From a bacterium (lineage in GTDB: Bacteria; UBA8248), in contig CBDCRP010000003.1 of the NCBI GenBank assembly GCA_965221165.1, forward strand, positions 1,376,001-1,440,000: a stretch of 64,000 nt of DNA, given 5' to 3'. How positions within the stretch are numbered: position 1 is the first letter of the stretch; each line of letters opens with the position of its first letter. The translations under genes were made by a program, and so were the position numbers. Below are positions 62,889 to 64,000 of this stretch, in pieces. The notes below the pieces were generated by a model. It had not been told where the DNA came from, searched no databases, and was given only the letters and a program-made list of their open reading frames with translations.

Positions 62889-64000
62889 CTAAACGAATGG
62901 CTCAGCTGTGCGCTCTACTCGCTGTTTCAGCCACCTAATTGAGAGAAGCCCTAGGACAAGAAAAGCCCAAAGCACTAAATCGAGAGGCCTTTGGAAGAAT
63001 ATGAGGGGGTTCCCGTCTGAGCGTTGCAACGATAATACAATTCCTTGCTCAATCATCCCACCAAGAATAAACGGAAATACGATGGCCAGCCGCTCATACC
63101 CAGATTTTGCCATGAAATAGCCAAGCACCCCAAGGACTATCATCGTCACAATGTCGACTGCTGAATTGCGCGCAGCATAACTCCCGATGATCATGAACAG
63201 GACTAGAAATGGGACTAGATATGATATGGGAAGGCTCACCAAGCGGCCGAAATAATTGCACAATGTCAAGCCCACAATGCAAACTACGACAGCGCCCAAA
63301 AGAATTGACCACATCACAGCCCACACGAGCTCGCCTTTAAGTGTGAAAACATCAGGCCCCGGTACAATGCCGTGAATCATAAGCGCTGCAAGAACTACAG
63401 CAGCCATCCCGCTACCGGGGATACCAACTGTAAGCGCGAGAATCAACGAGCTGCCTTCCACTGCGCTGTTTGCGGCCTCTGGTCCGATAACGCCATCGAC
63501 TGTCCCTCTGCCAAATTGATCGGGGTTCTTGGATAAGGCATTCCCCGCGACGTATCCCAGAAAGTTGGCTATGCCAGTGCCAGCTCCAGGAATTGCGCCA
63601 ACTATGATACCCGCGATAGTGCCGGCAAGCACATGGATTGGTTTGTGTAAAACATCGGATATACCTAAATATACTTCTCTTATTCCCCTTCGGGTTTCCA
63701 CATCCCTCCTAACTACGCTCTGCCTCTCACAAAGGATCAGAACCTCAGAAAAGCAGAGGAAGCCAATAAGGGCTACAATAATCGATGGGCCCTCATATAA
63801 CGCGACTACGCCCAGAATCATCCTGGGGTATCCAAAGAAAGGGTCTGTCCCGATAGTAGCCAATAAAAGTCCTAAAAGAGCGGCCAGGAGTCCTTTAGTC
63901 ATCGACTTTTTGAAGGCTGCGAGGAAGATAAGGGCAAAGCAAGCAATAAGCACCAACTCCGGAAAGCTGAATGTGAGAGCGAAAACAGCGAGGAGGGGAG
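62889..64000 (-). CDS. tctA: Tripartite tricarboxylate transporter permease TctA (partial, 5' end outside window)
   Basis: GTDP...PR, GAIPGAG, FG.G..DGVIGPEAANSA, LTVGIPGS, HGIVPGP. Much lower GC than the core genes. Confidence 0.9.
   Translation of the reverse strand, partial: PLLAVFALTFSFPELVLIACFALIFLAAFKKSMTKGLLAALLGLLLATIGTDPFFGYPRMILGVVALYEGPSIIVALIGFLCFSEVLILCERQSVVRRDVETRRGIREVYLGISDVLHKPIHVLAGTIAGIIVGAIPGAGTGIANFLGYVAGNALSKNPDQFGRGTVDGVIGPEAANSAVEGSSLILALTVGIPGSGMAAVVLAALMIHGIVPGPDVFTLKGELVWAVMWSILLGAVVVCIVGLTLCNYFGRLVSLPISYLVPFLVLFMIIGSYAARNSAVDIVTMIVLGVLGYFMAKSGYERLAIVFPFILGGMIEQGIVLSLQRSDGNPLIFFQRPLDLVLWAFLVLGLLSIRWLKQRVERTAEPFV

Noticed and set aside
49300-62900. Integron cassette array, prophage or IS as carrier of the accessory genes
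   Set aside because: No integrase, transposase, phage genes, attC sites or tRNA-derived att repeats were found by eye.

Overview
GC-rich bacterial chromosome segment from a diderm (Mla, TRAP and lipoprotein genes). The gene order resembles Deltaproteobacteria/Nitrospinota-like lineages, which is inference. The centre (about 19-44 kb) is an intact housekeeping block: alaS, methylmalonyl-CoA mutase large subunit, ymdB-rny-ygfA-6S RNA-zapA-zapB, pheTS-rplT-rpmI-infC-thrS-tRNA-Val-clpX-clpP-tig-tRNA-Leu, metH and folE2. Two genes split by the ORF track read as single selenoproteins, each with an in-frame UGA followed by a SECIS-like hairpin: a UGSC-family protein (1870-2415) and an iodothyronine-deiodinase-like thioredoxin-fold protein (54177-54824). 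On the left, a His-rich leader ending in a RAPP ribosome-arrest motif precedes a putative metal-handling operon, and its RAPP codons can pair with the downstream Shine-Dalgarno. The right end (49.3-64 kb) is an accessory/defence-like region. It holds a GHKL kinase-like + STAS (DUF4325) + PIN nuclease operon (a candidate partner-switching toxin system), a leaderless HigBA module, an ABC-type ATPase + small PD-(D/E)xK-like pair, an McrA-like HNH nuclease, and decayed HNH, DGQHR/DndB-like, type III Res, DctP and Cache-like pseudogenes. All family calls come from motif recognition by eye, not from database searches.
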